DNA of 64,000 bases from Chloroflexota bacterium (GCA_028875655.1 JAPPCX010000039.1:30392-94391), one strand, 5' to 3'; shown: positions 36,921-47,461, numbered from the stretch's first letter. The notes: generated by a model not told the origin, from the sequence alone. A program made the numbers and translations.

Positions 36921-38909
36921 ATGTCGTATAGACGGTTTCTGCGATACCCGATAGCAACGCTGGCGGTGGCGCTGGCGACGACTGCGGTGATTGTCGGCTG
37001 CGGTGGCGCAGCGGAGGAAACGGCGGCGCCCGCCGCTCCGGCTCCCGCGCAACCGCAGCAACAGGCACAACAGCCGGCCCAGCCGGCCGCCACCCAGCCG
37101 CCGGCAGAAGTGAGGGCAACCAACACCCCGGTGCCCCAGGACGCTACCCTGGCGCCCACGCCGACCCAGCGCGCCTCCGTGTTGCAGGCGACGCCGCGGC
37201 CGACGCTGGCCCCCCAAACCCAGGGAGAACTGGTCACTGACCGGCTGATCGCCGTGCTGGACCCGCCCTCGCTGGAATCCATGCTTGACTGCGAAGTCAC
37301 CGGTTCCGGCGTGGTCAACTATCGAATGTCCAACGAGTTCATGGTGGACGCCAGCCGATTCGATGGCTCCTACGAGCCGATGCTCGCCACCGAGTGGAGC
37401 ATTACCGACGACGGGCGGACCTGGAACTTCAAGCTCCGGCAGGGCGTACGATGGCATGACGATTGGGGCGAATTCACGGCAAGGGACGTAAAACACTCCC
37501 TGGCCTATTACACCAACCCCGAATGTCGCGCGTCCTACTCCGACTATTTCCGCAGCGACCCTGGCAGTGACGTTGAAATCGTCAACGACTACGAAGTCAA
37601 CATTCACATGGAGAAGCGGCCGGCAGTGGACTTCCTTTACTGGTTCTCCGGCTATCGCGGGGTTCCCATCAGCAGCGCCGCCCAGTGGAATCAAGCCTGC
37701 CCCAACGGTGAAGCCGACTTTGGCAGCACCGAAGCCGGCGATCCCCTGGGGTACTGCAAAGCCAGCCGCGACGCCGTGTACGAAAAGTCGTCGCGCACCG
37801 GCCCCTACGAATACGTCAGTTTCGAGGAGGGCGTTGGTTGGGAGTGGTCCCGTGTCGATTACGACCACTGGCGTGTGAACCCCGAGTTCGCTGAAATCGA
37901 AATCAAGGACGTGCGTGAGCCGGCCACCCGCCTGGCGATCATGCAGGCTCGTGAGGGGCACATCGCCGCGATTAACCGTGCGCTGCTCCAGGACGCAATT
38001 GACGACGGCCTGGAAGTGTTCGACAGCTCCGTTACGGCGCAGACCACCTTCGCCATCTTCGGCGGCATGTACTTCGCAACGGGCGCAAAAGGCATAGATG
38101 TCAACGCTTCCGCCGAACAGCAGGCATCCGACCGGGACGCCTACAACATCGTGGCTGCCCGAGATGAGATGCATCCCTGGAACGACCCCGGCGAAAGCGG
38201 CAAAATGGTTAGGATGGCTATGAACAAGGCCCTGGACCGGGACCAGATCAACGACGCCATCTTCAAGGGAGCGGGCGGACGCCAGTGGGTGGCGACGCTG
38301 GTTCCCGACTTCCCCGGCGGCTACAACCCGGAGTGGGAAGACAGCTGGGACGAGTTGTACGGCTACGACCCGGAAACCGCCAAGCAGTTGTTGGCGGACG
38401 CCGGTTATCCCAACGGTTTCTCGTTCCGCATTCCGGTGTTCCCGCTGAGCGGCGTGCCGGAGATGCCGGACATGATGGAAGCCATGGCCAAGTTCTGGAC
38501 TGAGATCGGCCTTGACCCACAGCTTGACCCCATCGAGTTCTCCAACTGGCGGAACGAATATCGCGGGTTGAACACCGACTGCTGCATTTATCCCTTCCGG
38601 GGCCCCGCGGCGCCCATCGACACCCGCGTCCACTTCTACTTCAGCGCGGAGCGGTTCTTCAGGGCGTACAGCAGCGACGACATCCAGGAGAACAAGAACA
38701 AGGCCCTGCGGGCTTTGAACGAAGCGGACGCCACCGCCGACTGGCAGAAAGTGTCCGACGAAATCTTCTATGAAGCAGGCACCATCCCCGGCTGGACGCT
38801 GCCCGTCAGCGCGGTGGTGGACCCGGACGTGGTCGCGGAGTACATCTTCCTTGGCCCCAACAACGGCAACTACGTCTATCTCGAATACGTGAAAGGCGTG
38901 CGCGAATAG
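36921..38909 (+). CDS. ABC transporter substrate-binding lipoprotein, family 5 (peptide/nickel/opine type), copy 1
   Basis: Lipobox IVGC followed by a Pro/Ala/Gln-rich linker. WSITDDGRTWNFKLRQGVRWHD is the typical SBP_bac_5 motif. 662 aa. Confidence 0.85.
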   Translation: MSYRRFLRYPIATLAVALATTAVIVGCGGAAEETAAPAAPAPAQPQQQAQQPAQPAATQPPAEVRATNTPVPQDATLAPTPTQRASVLQATPRPTLAPQTQGELVTDRLIAVLDPPSLESMLDCEVTGSGVVNYRMSNEFMVDASRFDGSYEPMLATEWSITDDGRTWNFKLRQGVRWHDDWGEFTARDVKHSLAYYTNPECRASYSDYFRSDPGSDVEIVNDYEVNIHMEKRPAVDFLYWFSGYRGVPISSAAQWNQACPNGEADFGSTEAGDPLGYCKASRDAVYEKSSRTGPYEYVSFEEGVGWEWSRVDYDHWRVNPEFAEIEIKDVREPATRLAIMQAREGHIAAINRALLQDAIDDGLEVFDSSVTAQTTFAIFGGMYFATGAKGIDVNASAEQQASDRDAYNIVAARDEMHPWNDPGESGKMVRMAMNKALDRDQINDAIFKGAGGRQWVATLVPDFPGGYNPEWEDSWDELYGYDPETAKQLLADAGYPNGFSFRIPVFPLSGVPEMPDMMEAMAKFWTEIGLDPQLDPIEFSNWRNEYRGLNTDCCIYPFRGPAAPIDTRVHFYFSAERFFRAYSSDDIQENKNKALRALNEADATADWQKVSDEIFYEAGTIPGWTLPVSAVVDPDVVAEYIFLGPNNGNYVYLEYVKGVRE

Positions 38910-39024
38910 GCGAAACCAAACACTCTCGTGTGCAAATCCCGGCGTTGCGAACCTGACACTCGCAGCGTCGGGCTTGCCGTAAGACGGTGGACCCTTCCCA
39001 CCCTAATGGTTGAGAACAGGCACC

Positions 39025-39942
39025 ATGCAACGCTTCATAGTTCTGAGGTTATTACAGGGTTTGCTGGCGGTCTTCGCCATCAGCCTGATCGTTTTTTCGT
39101 TGTCGCGGGTCGCGGGTGACCCGCTGGCGGCCATCCTGGACGACGAATCGGGCAAGGAGCAGATCGAGCTGCTGCGGAAGCAGTGGGGACTGGACGAGCC
39201 GTTGCACGTCCAATACTTCACCTACATGAAGCGGCTGCTCACCGGCGACCTGGGCACGTCGTTCAAGTGGGACCGCCCGGTTGCGGAACTCATCATTGAA
39301 AGGCTGCCCGCAACTCTGCAACTTTCGGCCTTTGCCCTCATCGTCACCGGTGCGATCGCCTTTCCCATTGGGGTGTTATCGGCGGTCAAGAAGGACTCGT
39401 GGTTTGACACCGGCGGCAAAATGTTCGCCATATTAGGACAGTCCGCGCCGACCTTCGCCGTGGGACTGATTCTGATGTGGATTTTCGCGGTCCAGTTGGG
39501 CTGGCTGCCTACGTCGGGCAAGGGCGGAGTGAAGCACATGCTGTTGCCCGGCTTCGCGCTGGGGTACTACAACGTGGCTGCGATCATGCGGTTGACCCGG
39601 TCGTCAATGCTGGACGTCCTGGATGCCGAGTACGTCAAGCTGGCCCGCATCAAGGGCATTCCCGAATGGAAGATTATCTGGAAGCACTGCTTCCGCAACG
39701 CCCTGATTGGTCCATTGACTTACTTCAGCCTGATCTTCGCCATATTGATCACCGGCTCGGTGGTCATCGAGACCGTGTTCGCATGGCCCGGATTGGGATT
39801 GATGGTGATTGAAGCCATCAACTCCAAAGATCACATCACGGTACAAGCGGTGGTTATGCTGTTCGCCTTGCTTTACGTGGCGATCAACATCATCACGGAC
39901 GTCACATACGCGTACGTTGACCCGCGCATCCGATACGGATAG
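39025..39942 (+). CDS. ABC transporter permease (DppB/OppB-like), copy 1
   Basis: MQRFIVLRLLQG N-terminus and EAA-type loop YVKLARIKGIPEWKIIWKH. C-terminus DPRIRY. Confidence 0.85.
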   Translation: MQRFIVLRLLQGLLAVFAISLIVFSLSRVAGDPLAAILDDESGKEQIELLRKQWGLDEPLHVQYFTYMKRLLTGDLGTSFKWDRPVAELIIERLPATLQLSAFALIVTGAIAFPIGVLSAVKKDSWFDTGGKMFAILGQSAPTFAVGLILMWIFAVQLGWLPTSGKGGVKHMLLPGFALGYYNVAAIMRLTRSSMLDVLDAEYVKLARIKGIPEWKIIWKHCFRNALIGPLTYFSLIFAILITGSVVIETVFAWPGLGLMVIEAINSKDHITVQAVVMLFALLYVAINIITDVTYAYVDPRIRYG

Positions 39943-39966
39943 GCGTAGCCGGAGGGAAAAAGACTT

Positions 39967-41052
39967 ATGGCTGTACAGACAACCGCTCCGGGCGCACAGG
40001 TCGGTGGCGCCGCTGCGGCTGCAGCACCGGAATCATTCGGCACCAAAGCGTGGCGCGAAATCCGCCGGTTCCCGGTAGTGCCATCGTTTATTCTCATTGT
40101 CCTGCTGGTGATCCCGGCGATCTTTGCCGACCTGCTGGCGCCACACGACCATCTGCTGGGCAACCTCGAACGGGTACTGGAACCGCCGGCCTGGGTGACC
40201 GACCGGGAAAGTGAACGGGTCATTGTCCAGCGGGCCAGAGACAACAACGCTGAGGTCAGCCTTAACAACGCTCGCCGCAACATCGACAGCGGCGCCGGGA
40301 CCCTGATTGACGCCAACGGCAACGGCCAACCGGACATTGGCGAAACCATGGTGCGCGTCGAGCCCGGCGGCAGTTGGGAATACCCATTCGGCACCGACAA
40401 GCAGGGACGCGACGTGTTGAGCCGACTCATGCACGGGGCGCGCATATCCCTGGCGGTTTCGTGTCTCGCCATCCTGCTGGGCGGTTTCCTGGGAACCGGG
40501 TTGGGCATGCTGGCCGCGTTCAAGGGAGGGCTGGTGGACGCCATCCTGATGCGGATCGTGGACATCAAGCTGGCATTCCCCTCGATCCTGTTGGCGCTCA
40601 CCCTGGTAGTGGCGATTGGATCCGGCTTCAGCACCGTGGTCATCGTGATCGCCTTGCTTCTGTGGGCGCGCTACGCCCGCGTGGTTCGGGGTGAGGCATT
40701 GACCATCAAGGAACGCGATTTCATTGATCGCGCCCGCGTGTCTGGAGCCTCCAACCTCAGAATCATGCTCAGGCACATCTTCCCCAACGTCTTCAACACG
40801 GTCATCGTGCTGGCGACGCTGGAAGTGGGGCACGTGATCATTCTGGAAGCGACCCTGAGCTTCCTCGGAGCGGGCATCCCACGACCTCAACCCGCCTGGG
40901 GTTTGATGGCCGCGGACGGTCGAGAGGTCATCACCAGTTCGTGGTGGATCTTCTTGTTCCCCTGCCTGGCCATCGTGCTGACCGTGCTATCCATGAACCT
41001 GCTGGGCGACTGGCTCAGGGACCGGCTTGATCCCAAGCTGCGCAACGTCTAG
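39967..41052 (+). CDS. ABC transporter permease (DppC/OppC-like), copy 1
   Basis: Long periplasmic loop after TM1, then GTDKQGRDVLSR and FIDRARVSGASNLRIMLRH motifs. Confidence 0.85.
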   Translation: MAVQTTAPGAQVGGAAAAAAPESFGTKAWREIRRFPVVPSFILIVLLVIPAIFADLLAPHDHLLGNLERVLEPPAWVTDRESERVIVQRARDNNAEVSLNNARRNIDSGAGTLIDANGNGQPDIGETMVRVEPGGSWEYPFGTDKQGRDVLSRLMHGARISLAVSCLAILLGGFLGTGLGMLAAFKGGLVDAILMRIVDIKLAFPSILLALTLVVAIGSGFSTVVIVIALLLWARYARVVRGEALTIKERDFIDRARVSGASNLRIMLRHIFPNVFNTVIVLATLEVGHVIILEATLSFLGAGIPRPQPAWGLMAADGREVITSSWWIFLFPCLAIVLTVLSMNLLGDWLRDRLDPKLRNV

Positions 41053-41156
41053 GCCAGGCCAACGACGCAGTACCGAACACTCGAAACCCAACCGACAGTG
41101 GAGGATGACTAACGTAAAGCACTGAGACAAAACCCAACTCGTTAAGGAGGGGTGCA

Positions 41157-43136
41157 ATGAGAAGGAAACGAGCATTTCGATGGCCGATAATTCTCGCCGC
41201 GGCAACCACGCTGGCCGCAATATTCCTTGTCGGGTGCGGCGGAGCTGCTGAAGAATCCGCTCCGTCGCAACCGGTCAGCGCGCCGGCGGCGGCCCAAACC
41301 GCGCCCACGGCGGCCCCGGCTCCCCAGCAGCAACAGCCGCAGGCAGCAGCAGCCACCGCGACCGTAGCCCCTCCGCCGGCGACCTCAGCCCCAACGCGCC
41401 CCTCGTTCGTCGGTACCACTCCGGTTGCTCAGCCCCAACCCACGGTTGCAGCCGCAGCCAATGAGGGCGAACTCAAGACCAATGACCTCGTCTTCCTGTT
41501 CTCGCAGCAGACCCGCCAGGGCATCATGGACTGCGACGTAACGGGGAGCGCCACGAGCCAACACCGACCGTCTCATGAGTTCCTGATCGACGCCAACCGT
41601 TATGACGGATCCCTGGAACCTCAATTGGCGACCGACTGGAGTGTCAGCGACGACGGGAGGACGTGGAACTTCAAACTGCGCGAGGGAGTCAACTTCCATT
41701 TCGGGTACGGAGAATTCACGGCTCACGACATTGTCAACTCGCTGAATTACTACACCAATCCCGTGTGTGGCGCGTCCTACTCGGACTACTTCCGCACTAA
41801 CCCGCAGGCGCTGCCGGAAGTCATCAGCGACTATGAGATCAATATCACGATGGGCGCTCGCCCCGAGTTGATCTTCGACTATTGGATCTCCGGCTACCGC
41901 GGTCTCCCTATGAGCAGCAAAGCCCAATGGGACACCGGTTGCCCCAACGGAGCGGCGGATTACGAGTCGTTCGCGGAAGTGCCTCACCTGGAAGGATATT
42001 GCTCGGCCGGCGAGCCAGCCCTGCTCGAAGAAGGCCCGGCCCGTCTCGGGCCCTACCAGTTCGCCAATTTCGAGAAGGGCATTGGCTGGCTATGGGAACG
42101 CGCTCCCGGTGAACACTACCGCGTTACTCCCGACTGGGATACCATTGAAATCAAGATCATCGAGGAGGCGTCCACCCGCCTGGCGGCCATGCTGGCTCGT
42201 GAGGCCCATCTGGCCACGATCGACCGGGCGCTGGTCGGTGAAGCGCTGGACGCTGGTCTGGATCTTGCGCCCAGCCAGGTGGTTGCCGTCAACAGCATGA
42301 TGGTCTTCGGCGGTATGTACTACGCTACCAAGGAAGGGCCTGAGTTCGAGCCCTACTCCGCCGCATCCTACGACCCCACCGTTCCGTGGGCAGCGCCGGG
42401 CGATGCTGGCAAGATGGTCCGCATGGCGATGAACAAGGCCATCGACCGCGACGCCATCAGAGAAAACCTCTTTGACGGTCAGGGCGCCGAGGGCCGCGTC
42501 GCCGGCCTGATCCCCAGCGCCGAAGCGTTCGGTGGCGAGTACGCGGGATACAATCCGGAATGGGAAAGTTCCTGGGAAGAGCTCTACGGCTTCGACCCAG
42601 AACGGGCCCGGGAACTCCTGGCAGAGGCCGGCTATCCCAACGGGTTCAACGTACCGATCATCAGCTACACCATGAGCGGCCTGCCTGAGATGAAGGACTA
42701 CGTGGTGGCAATAGCCGGCATGTGGGAGAACATCGGCCTGACCACGGAGATTCGCGAGATGGAATTCTCGCAGTGGCGGCAGGAATATCGTGGCGCGACC
42801 ACCAACTGCTGCATCTATCCCTTCCGGGGTTACGCCGAGCCGCCCCACCCCACGATTCACTTCGCATACAGCCCGGAACGGTTCATGCGGTTCTACGTCA
42901 GCGATACCGTTTGGCAAAACACCTTCAACGCCCTGAACTCCCTCAACTTCGAGGAGCAGTTGGGCTACTGGCACGCGGCTACGGACGAACTATTCTACGA
43001 GGTGGCGTCGATCCCGTTGCATACGCTGTCGGTGCAGGTGGTGATCGACCCGGAGGTGGTTGAGGAGTACATTTACCTCGGCCCCTACGGCGGACAATTC
43101 ACCGACCTGGAACACATCAAGGGCGTCCGTTACTGA
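41157..43136 (+). CDS. ABC transporter substrate-binding lipoprotein, family 5, copy 2
   Basis: Paralog of 36921-38909, with lipobox LVGC, PAQ linker and WSVSDDGRTWNFKLREGVNFH. AAGGAGG SD. Confidence 0.85.
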   Translation: MRRKRAFRWPIILAAATTLAAIFLVGCGGAAEESAPSQPVSAPAAAQTAPTAAPAPQQQQPQAAAATATVAPPPATSAPTRPSFVGTTPVAQPQPTVAAAANEGELKTNDLVFLFSQQTRQGIMDCDVTGSATSQHRPSHEFLIDANRYDGSLEPQLATDWSVSDDGRTWNFKLREGVNFHFGYGEFTAHDIVNSLNYYTNPVCGASYSDYFRTNPQALPEVISDYEINITMGARPELIFDYWISGYRGLPMSSKAQWDTGCPNGAADYESFAEVPHLEGYCSAGEPALLEEGPARLGPYQFANFEKGIGWLWERAPGEHYRVTPDWDTIEIKIIEEASTRLAAMLAREAHLATIDRALVGEALDAGLDLAPSQVVAVNSMMVFGGMYYATKEGPEFEPYSAASYDPTVPWAAPGDAGKMVRMAMNKAIDRDAIRENLFDGQGAEGRVAGLIPSAEAFGGEYAGYNPEWESSWEELYGFDPERARELLAEAGYPNGFNVPIISYTMSGLPEMKDYVVAIAGMWENIGLTTEIREMEFSQWRQEYRGATTNCCIYPFRGYAEPPHPTIHFAYSPERFMRFYVSDTVWQNTFNALNSLNFEEQLGYWHAATDELFYEVASIPLHTLSVQVVIDPEVVEEYIYLGPYGGQFTDLEHIKGVRY

Positions 43137-43179
43137 CCACATCGGTCAAACGAAGAGCGTCAACTTAGGGAGTTCCGTT

Positions 43180-43214
43180 CTCCGGCGTCGACTCGGTTTG
43201 AGTCGACGCCGGAG
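43180..43214 (+). other. 15-bp perfect-stem hairpin after SBP copy 2 (no T-run)
   Basis: CTCCGGCGTCGACTC-GGTTT-GAGTCGACGCCGGAG, 44 nt after the stop. Likely an mRNA-stabilising or attenuating structure inside the operon. Confidence 0.6.
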
Positions 43215-43251
43215 CAACCGACCTTAACAGGGAAAAAGGAACGGACCGGAC

Positions 43252-44172
43252 ATGCAGGCATACATATTGAGGCGAGTCGTTCAGGGAATTTTGGCGATCT
43301 TCGTAATCTGCACGGTGACCTTTGCGTTGGCCCGCGTTTCCGGCGACCCGCTTAACGTCCTTTTGCCGGAAGAGGCCTCCGAAGAGCAGATAGAGTTGAT
43401 CAAGGCCGAATGGGGTCTGGATAAACCCCTACACATGCAATATCTCCAGTACCTCGGAAAATTGTTCCGGGGCGATCTGGGCGAAGCGATCGCGTGGCCC
43501 AATTCCACCGCGACTGAACTGATAGTGCAGCGGCTGCCAAACACCATAAAGTTGTCCGCCCTTGCGCTCATCGTCAGCGGCGTGATCGCGTTTCCGGTGG
43601 GCGTCCTGGTCGCCATCAAGAAAGACACGCCCTTCGACTATGGTGGCAAATTGTTCGCCATCCTCGGGCAGTCTGCGCCCACCTTCGCCGTCGGGTTGAT
43701 ACTGATGTGGATATTCGCCGTCCAGTTGAATATTTTCCCAACTTCAGGCAGCGGAGGAATCGAATACATTATCCTCCCTGCCCTGGCGTTGGGGTATTAC
43801 AACGTGGCGGCTCTGATGCGCCTGACCCGTTCATCAATGTTGGAAGTCCTCGACACCGAGTATGTAAAGCTGGCTCGAATCAAAGGCGTGCCCGAGTGGA
43901 AAGTCGTCTGGAAACACTGCTTCCGGAACGCCTTGATCGTCCCTCTCACATACTTTGGACTTATCGGCGCGGTACTCATCACCGGATCGGTGGTGATCGA
44001 AACGGTGTTTGCATGGCCTGGACTGGGACACCTGGTTATCAAGGCCATCCTGTTCCGAGACTACGTGGTGGTGCAGGCGGTGGTCCTGTTGTTTGCCACC
44101 GCGTTCGTCATCATCAACATCATGGTGGACGTGTTGTACGCGTATATTGACCCACGGATCCGGTACACATAG
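43252..44172 (+). CDS. ABC transporter permease (DppB/OppB-like), copy 2
   Basis: Colinear paralog of 39025-39942. Confidence 0.85.
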   Translation: MQAYILRRVVQGILAIFVICTVTFALARVSGDPLNVLLPEEASEEQIELIKAEWGLDKPLHMQYLQYLGKLFRGDLGEAIAWPNSTATELIVQRLPNTIKLSALALIVSGVIAFPVGVLVAIKKDTPFDYGGKLFAILGQSAPTFAVGLILMWIFAVQLNIFPTSGSGGIEYIILPALALGYYNVAALMRLTRSSMLEVLDTEYVKLARIKGVPEWKVVWKHCFRNALIVPLTYFGLIGAVLITGSVVIETVFAWPGLGHLVIKAILFRDYVVVQAVVLLFATAFVIINIMVDVLYAYIDPRIRYT

Positions 44173-44230
44173 GTAGGTCCGAAAACTGCTGCGGACAGCG
44201 CCAGGCGTGCGGCAATGAACGAGGTGTGAA

Positions 44231-45316
44231 ATGGCAGCCGTCACTACTAGCCCAGAGGTAACCGGGGTCGATACTCAGCAGCGCGCTGGTCGGGTCGCGA
44301 AAGTGGTCCGGGCGATCCGCGAACTGCCGCTCATACCCTTGGTCGTGCTCATATTCCTGCTGGTGATTCCCGCGATCTTCGCGAATCAACTGGCGCCTCA
44401 CAACCAGCGCATCGGCGTACTGGACGACGCGAAGCTGCCGCCCTTCTGGGTATCCGAAAGCTTCGAGTCGCGGACGGTGGTGCAGCGCGCGGACAAGGAT
44501 CGCCTGGATGTTGAGATTGGCCTCACCAATGCGCAGCGCAAGGTGGAACGCGGCGAAGCCACTATCCTGAGCGGAGGTGAAGACGGGACGGTCGATCCCG
44601 GTGATACCCTCCGGTTCCAGGCCAACAAGGGCGGGTCCATGGAGTATCCGTTGGGTACCGACAAGCAAGGCCGCGACATCCTGAGCCGGATCATGCACGG
44701 CGCCCGCATTTCGTTGATGGTCTCTTCGCTGGCTATTCTGCTTGGCGGGGGTCTGGGAACCCTGCTCGGGATGATGGCCGCCTACCGGGGCGGCAAGACC
44801 GATGCGATCATCATGCGCATCGTTGACATCAAGCTGGCGTTCCCGTCAATCCTGCTGGCGCTGGTGCTGGTGGCCGCGATCGGGGCCGGGTTCACCACCG
44901 TCATCGTCGTGATCGCGGTGTTGCTGTGGGCCCGTTACGCTCGCGTGGTACGCGGCGAAGCGTTGGCGATCAAGCAACAGGACTTCATCGACCGGGCCCG
45001 GGTTTCCGGAGCGTCAAACGCGCGAATAATGATGCGGCACATCTTCCCCAACCTGGTCAATACAGTGGTAGTATTGGCTACCCTGGAGGTGGGCCACGTT
45101 ATAATCCTGGAATCTACTCTCAGCTTCCTGGGCGCCGGCATTCCGGCCCCCACCCCGGCATGGGGAGTCATGGTAGCCGATGGCAGGGACCTGATTACCA
45201 CCGCATGGTGGATTTTCCTGTTCCCTTGCCTAGCCATCGTGCTTACGGTACTCTCTATGAACCTGCTGGGAGACTGGCTGAGGGATAAACTGGACCCCAA
45301 ATTGAGGAACGTTTAA
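44231..45316 (+). CDS. ABC transporter permease (DppC/OppC-like), copy 2
   Basis: Colinear paralog of 39967-41052. The C-terminal ~60 aa are nearly identical. Confidence 0.85.
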   Translation: MAAVTTSPEVTGVDTQQRAGRVAKVVRAIRELPLIPLVVLIFLLVIPAIFANQLAPHNQRIGVLDDAKLPPFWVSESFESRTVVQRADKDRLDVEIGLTNAQRKVERGEATILSGGEDGTVDPGDTLRFQANKGGSMEYPLGTDKQGRDILSRIMHGARISLMVSSLAILLGGGLGTLLGMMAAYRGGKTDAIIMRIVDIKLAFPSILLALVLVAAIGAGFTTVIVVIAVLLWARYARVVRGEALAIKQQDFIDRARVSGASNARIMMRHIFPNLVNTVVVLATLEVGHVIILESTLSFLGAGIPAPTPAWGVMVADGRDLITTAWWIFLFPCLAIVLTVLSMNLLGDWLRDKLDPKLRNV

Positions 45317-45319
45317 GCC

Positions 45320-46363
45320 ATGACAGCTGTACAGACCGCCACAGACACCATCCTCGAGGTCAATGACCTCAAAACGTACATCTTCACCCGCGCCGCCACC
45401 GTGAAAGCGGTGGACGGCATCTCGTTCAACCTGCGCAAGGGTGAAACCCTGGGCATTGTCGGGGAATCGGGTTGCGGCAAAACGATGACGGCCCTTTCGT
45501 TACTGCGGCTGGTGCCCAAGCCGGCCGGGCGAATAGTTGAGGGGGAAATCGTTCTCAACGGAGAGGACATTCTGCAGAAGAGTGAAGACGAAATGCGCGA
45601 CGTGCGCGGCCGTCAGATCTCCATGATTCTCCAGGACCCGCAGACTTCCCTGAACCCGGTATTCACCATCGGGAACCAGCTGCGGGAGGCCCTGGGCATA
45701 GCCCACCGGGAAAACAAGAGCTCCATGCTGTCGCGGGCCGTTGACGCACTGCGCAAGGTGAACGTGGCCGCGCCGGAACGCCGCCTGGACGACTACCCGC
45801 ACCAGATGTCGGGCGGCATGAAGCAGCGCGTCGTCGGCGCCATTGCCATGTCGTGCGAACCCGGCGTTATCATTGCGGACGAGCCAACCACCGCATTGGA
45901 CGTCACCATCCAGTTGCAGTACCTGCGCCTGCTGAAAGAAATCCAGGCCGAAACCGGGCTGGCCATCATCTTCATCACCCACGACTTTGGAGTGGTGGCC
46001 CGGATGTGCGACCGCGTGGCGGTAATGTACGCGGGGCGCATCATCGAGCAGGGCGACGTGCGTGACATCTTCAGCCGCCCGGCGCATCCTTACACCCAGG
46101 CGCTGATCAATTCGGTTCCCAAACTGGAACAGAGCGTGGACCGGCTGTACTCCATTGACGGCCAGCCGCCGCTGCTCTCCAACCTGCCGGAGGGTTGTCG
46201 GTTTGCGCCGCGTTGCCCGTACGTCAGCGACCAGTGCTACGAAGCCTACCCCTCATCCTACCAACTGGACGAAGGACATCACGCCGACTGCTGGGCCCTG
46301 GACGCCAACTGGCAGGGCACGCCGATTGAGGAATTCGTGCCTCCGACCGGAACCGCAGGATAG
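45320..46363 (+). CDS. ABC transporter ATP-binding protein (DppD/OppD-like)
   Basis: Walker A GESGCGKT, signature MSGGMKQR, Walker B IIADEPTTALD and an oligopeptide C-terminal domain with CRFAPRCP. Confidence 0.9.
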   Translation: MTAVQTATDTILEVNDLKTYIFTRAATVKAVDGISFNLRKGETLGIVGESGCGKTMTALSLLRLVPKPAGRIVEGEIVLNGEDILQKSEDEMRDVRGRQISMILQDPQTSLNPVFTIGNQLREALGIAHRENKSSMLSRAVDALRKVNVAAPERRLDDYPHQMSGGMKQRVVGAIAMSCEPGVIIADEPTTALDVTIQLQYLRLLKEIQAETGLAIIFITHDFGVVARMCDRVAVMYAGRIIEQGDVRDIFSRPAHPYTQALINSVPKLEQSVDRLYSIDGQPPLLSNLPEGCRFAPRCPYVSDQCYEAYPSSYQLDEGHHADCWALDANWQGTPIEEFVPPTGTAG

Positions 46364-46414
46364 CGCCGGTCAAGCCCGTTACAATCTGATTATCTTTGAG
46401 GAGGACTGCTCCCC

Positions 46415-47398
46415 ATGGCAGTGGCTACTAACAACGACGCTCTTCTGGAAGTTCGCAACCTGAAAAAATATTTCCCCGTGACCAAGGGCCTCGTCCTGAT
46501 GAAAACCATCGGGTACGTTCAGGCCGTGGACGGCATTTCGTTCTCGATCAAGCAGGGCGAAACGGTTGGACTGGTCGGCGAATCGGGCTGCGGGAAGACG
46601 ACCACCAGCAAGCTGCTGCTTCGCCTGGAAAATCCCACCGAAGGCGACATTCTGCTGGAAGGCCGAGACATCAACACCTTCCGGGGGGCTGAGCTGCAGG
46701 ACTACCGCACCACGGTGCAGGCCGTGTTCCAGGACCCGTGGTCGTCGCTGAGTCCCCGTATGAGGGTACGCGACATCGTCTCGGAGCCGCTGGTGGTCAA
46801 CCGCAACGTGACCACCCAGGAAAAGAACGAGCGCGTCGCCGAGGTGTTGCAGCAGGTCGGCCTGCACGCTCAGCAGGCTACCAACTATCCGCACGAATTT
46901 AGCGGCGGACAGAGGCAGCGCATCGCAGTAGCGTCCGCACTGGTTTCTTACCCGAAGCTGATCGTACTGGACGAGCCGGTTTCAGCCCTTGACGTGTCGA
47001 TCCGCGCCCAGGTGATGAACCTGCTGAAAGACTTGCAGGAACAGTACAACGTGAGCTACCTGCTCATCGCGCACAACCTGGCTACCGTGCGCTACATGGC
47101 GCACGAGACGGCGGTGATGTACCTGGGTCAGATCGTGGAGTACGCTGAAACGGAAGAGCTGTACAACAACGCGCTCCACCCCTACACGCGTGCGCTGTTC
47201 TCCGCCGCGCTGCCGTCGCATCCGGACCTGATTCGCGAAGACATCGTCCTGCAGGGCGAGGTGCCGTCGCCCATCAACCCGCCGAGCGGCTGCCGTTTCC
47301 ATCCGCGCTGTCCTTTCGCCATGCCCCAATGTTCGGAAGAAGCGCCGGTGGAGAAAGAGGTTTCGCCCGGGCACCGCGTTTCGTGCCATCTGTACTGA
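46415..47398 (+). CDS. ABC transporter ATP-binding protein (DppF/OppF-like)
   Basis: Walker A GESGCGKTT, signature FSGGQRQR, Walker B IVLDEPVSALD, then CRFHPRCP. Confidence 0.9.
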   Translation: MAVATNNDALLEVRNLKKYFPVTKGLVLMKTIGYVQAVDGISFSIKQGETVGLVGESGCGKTTTSKLLLRLENPTEGDILLEGRDINTFRGAELQDYRTTVQAVFQDPWSSLSPRMRVRDIVSEPLVVNRNVTTQEKNERVAEVLQQVGLHAQQATNYPHEFSGGQRQRIAVASALVSYPKLIVLDEPVSALDVSIRAQVMNLLKDLQEQYNVSYLLIAHNLATVRYMAHETAVMYLGQIVEYAETEELYNNALHPYTRALFSAALPSHPDLIREDIVLQGEVPSPINPPSGCRFHPRCPFAMPQCSEEAPVEKEVSPGHRVSCHLY

Positions 47399-47420
47399 CC
47401 GTTTCCGGAAGGCAACAGGA

Positions 47421-47453
47421 AAACCCGCCCCCGAATGTGTGGGCGGGTTTTTT
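47421..47453 (+). terminator. intrinsic terminator of the ABC importer operon
   Basis: AAACCCGCCC-CCGAATGTGT-GGGCGGGTTT followed by a T-run. The stem sequence is related to palindrome family B. Confidence 0.75.
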
Positions 47454-47461
47454 GCTGTACG

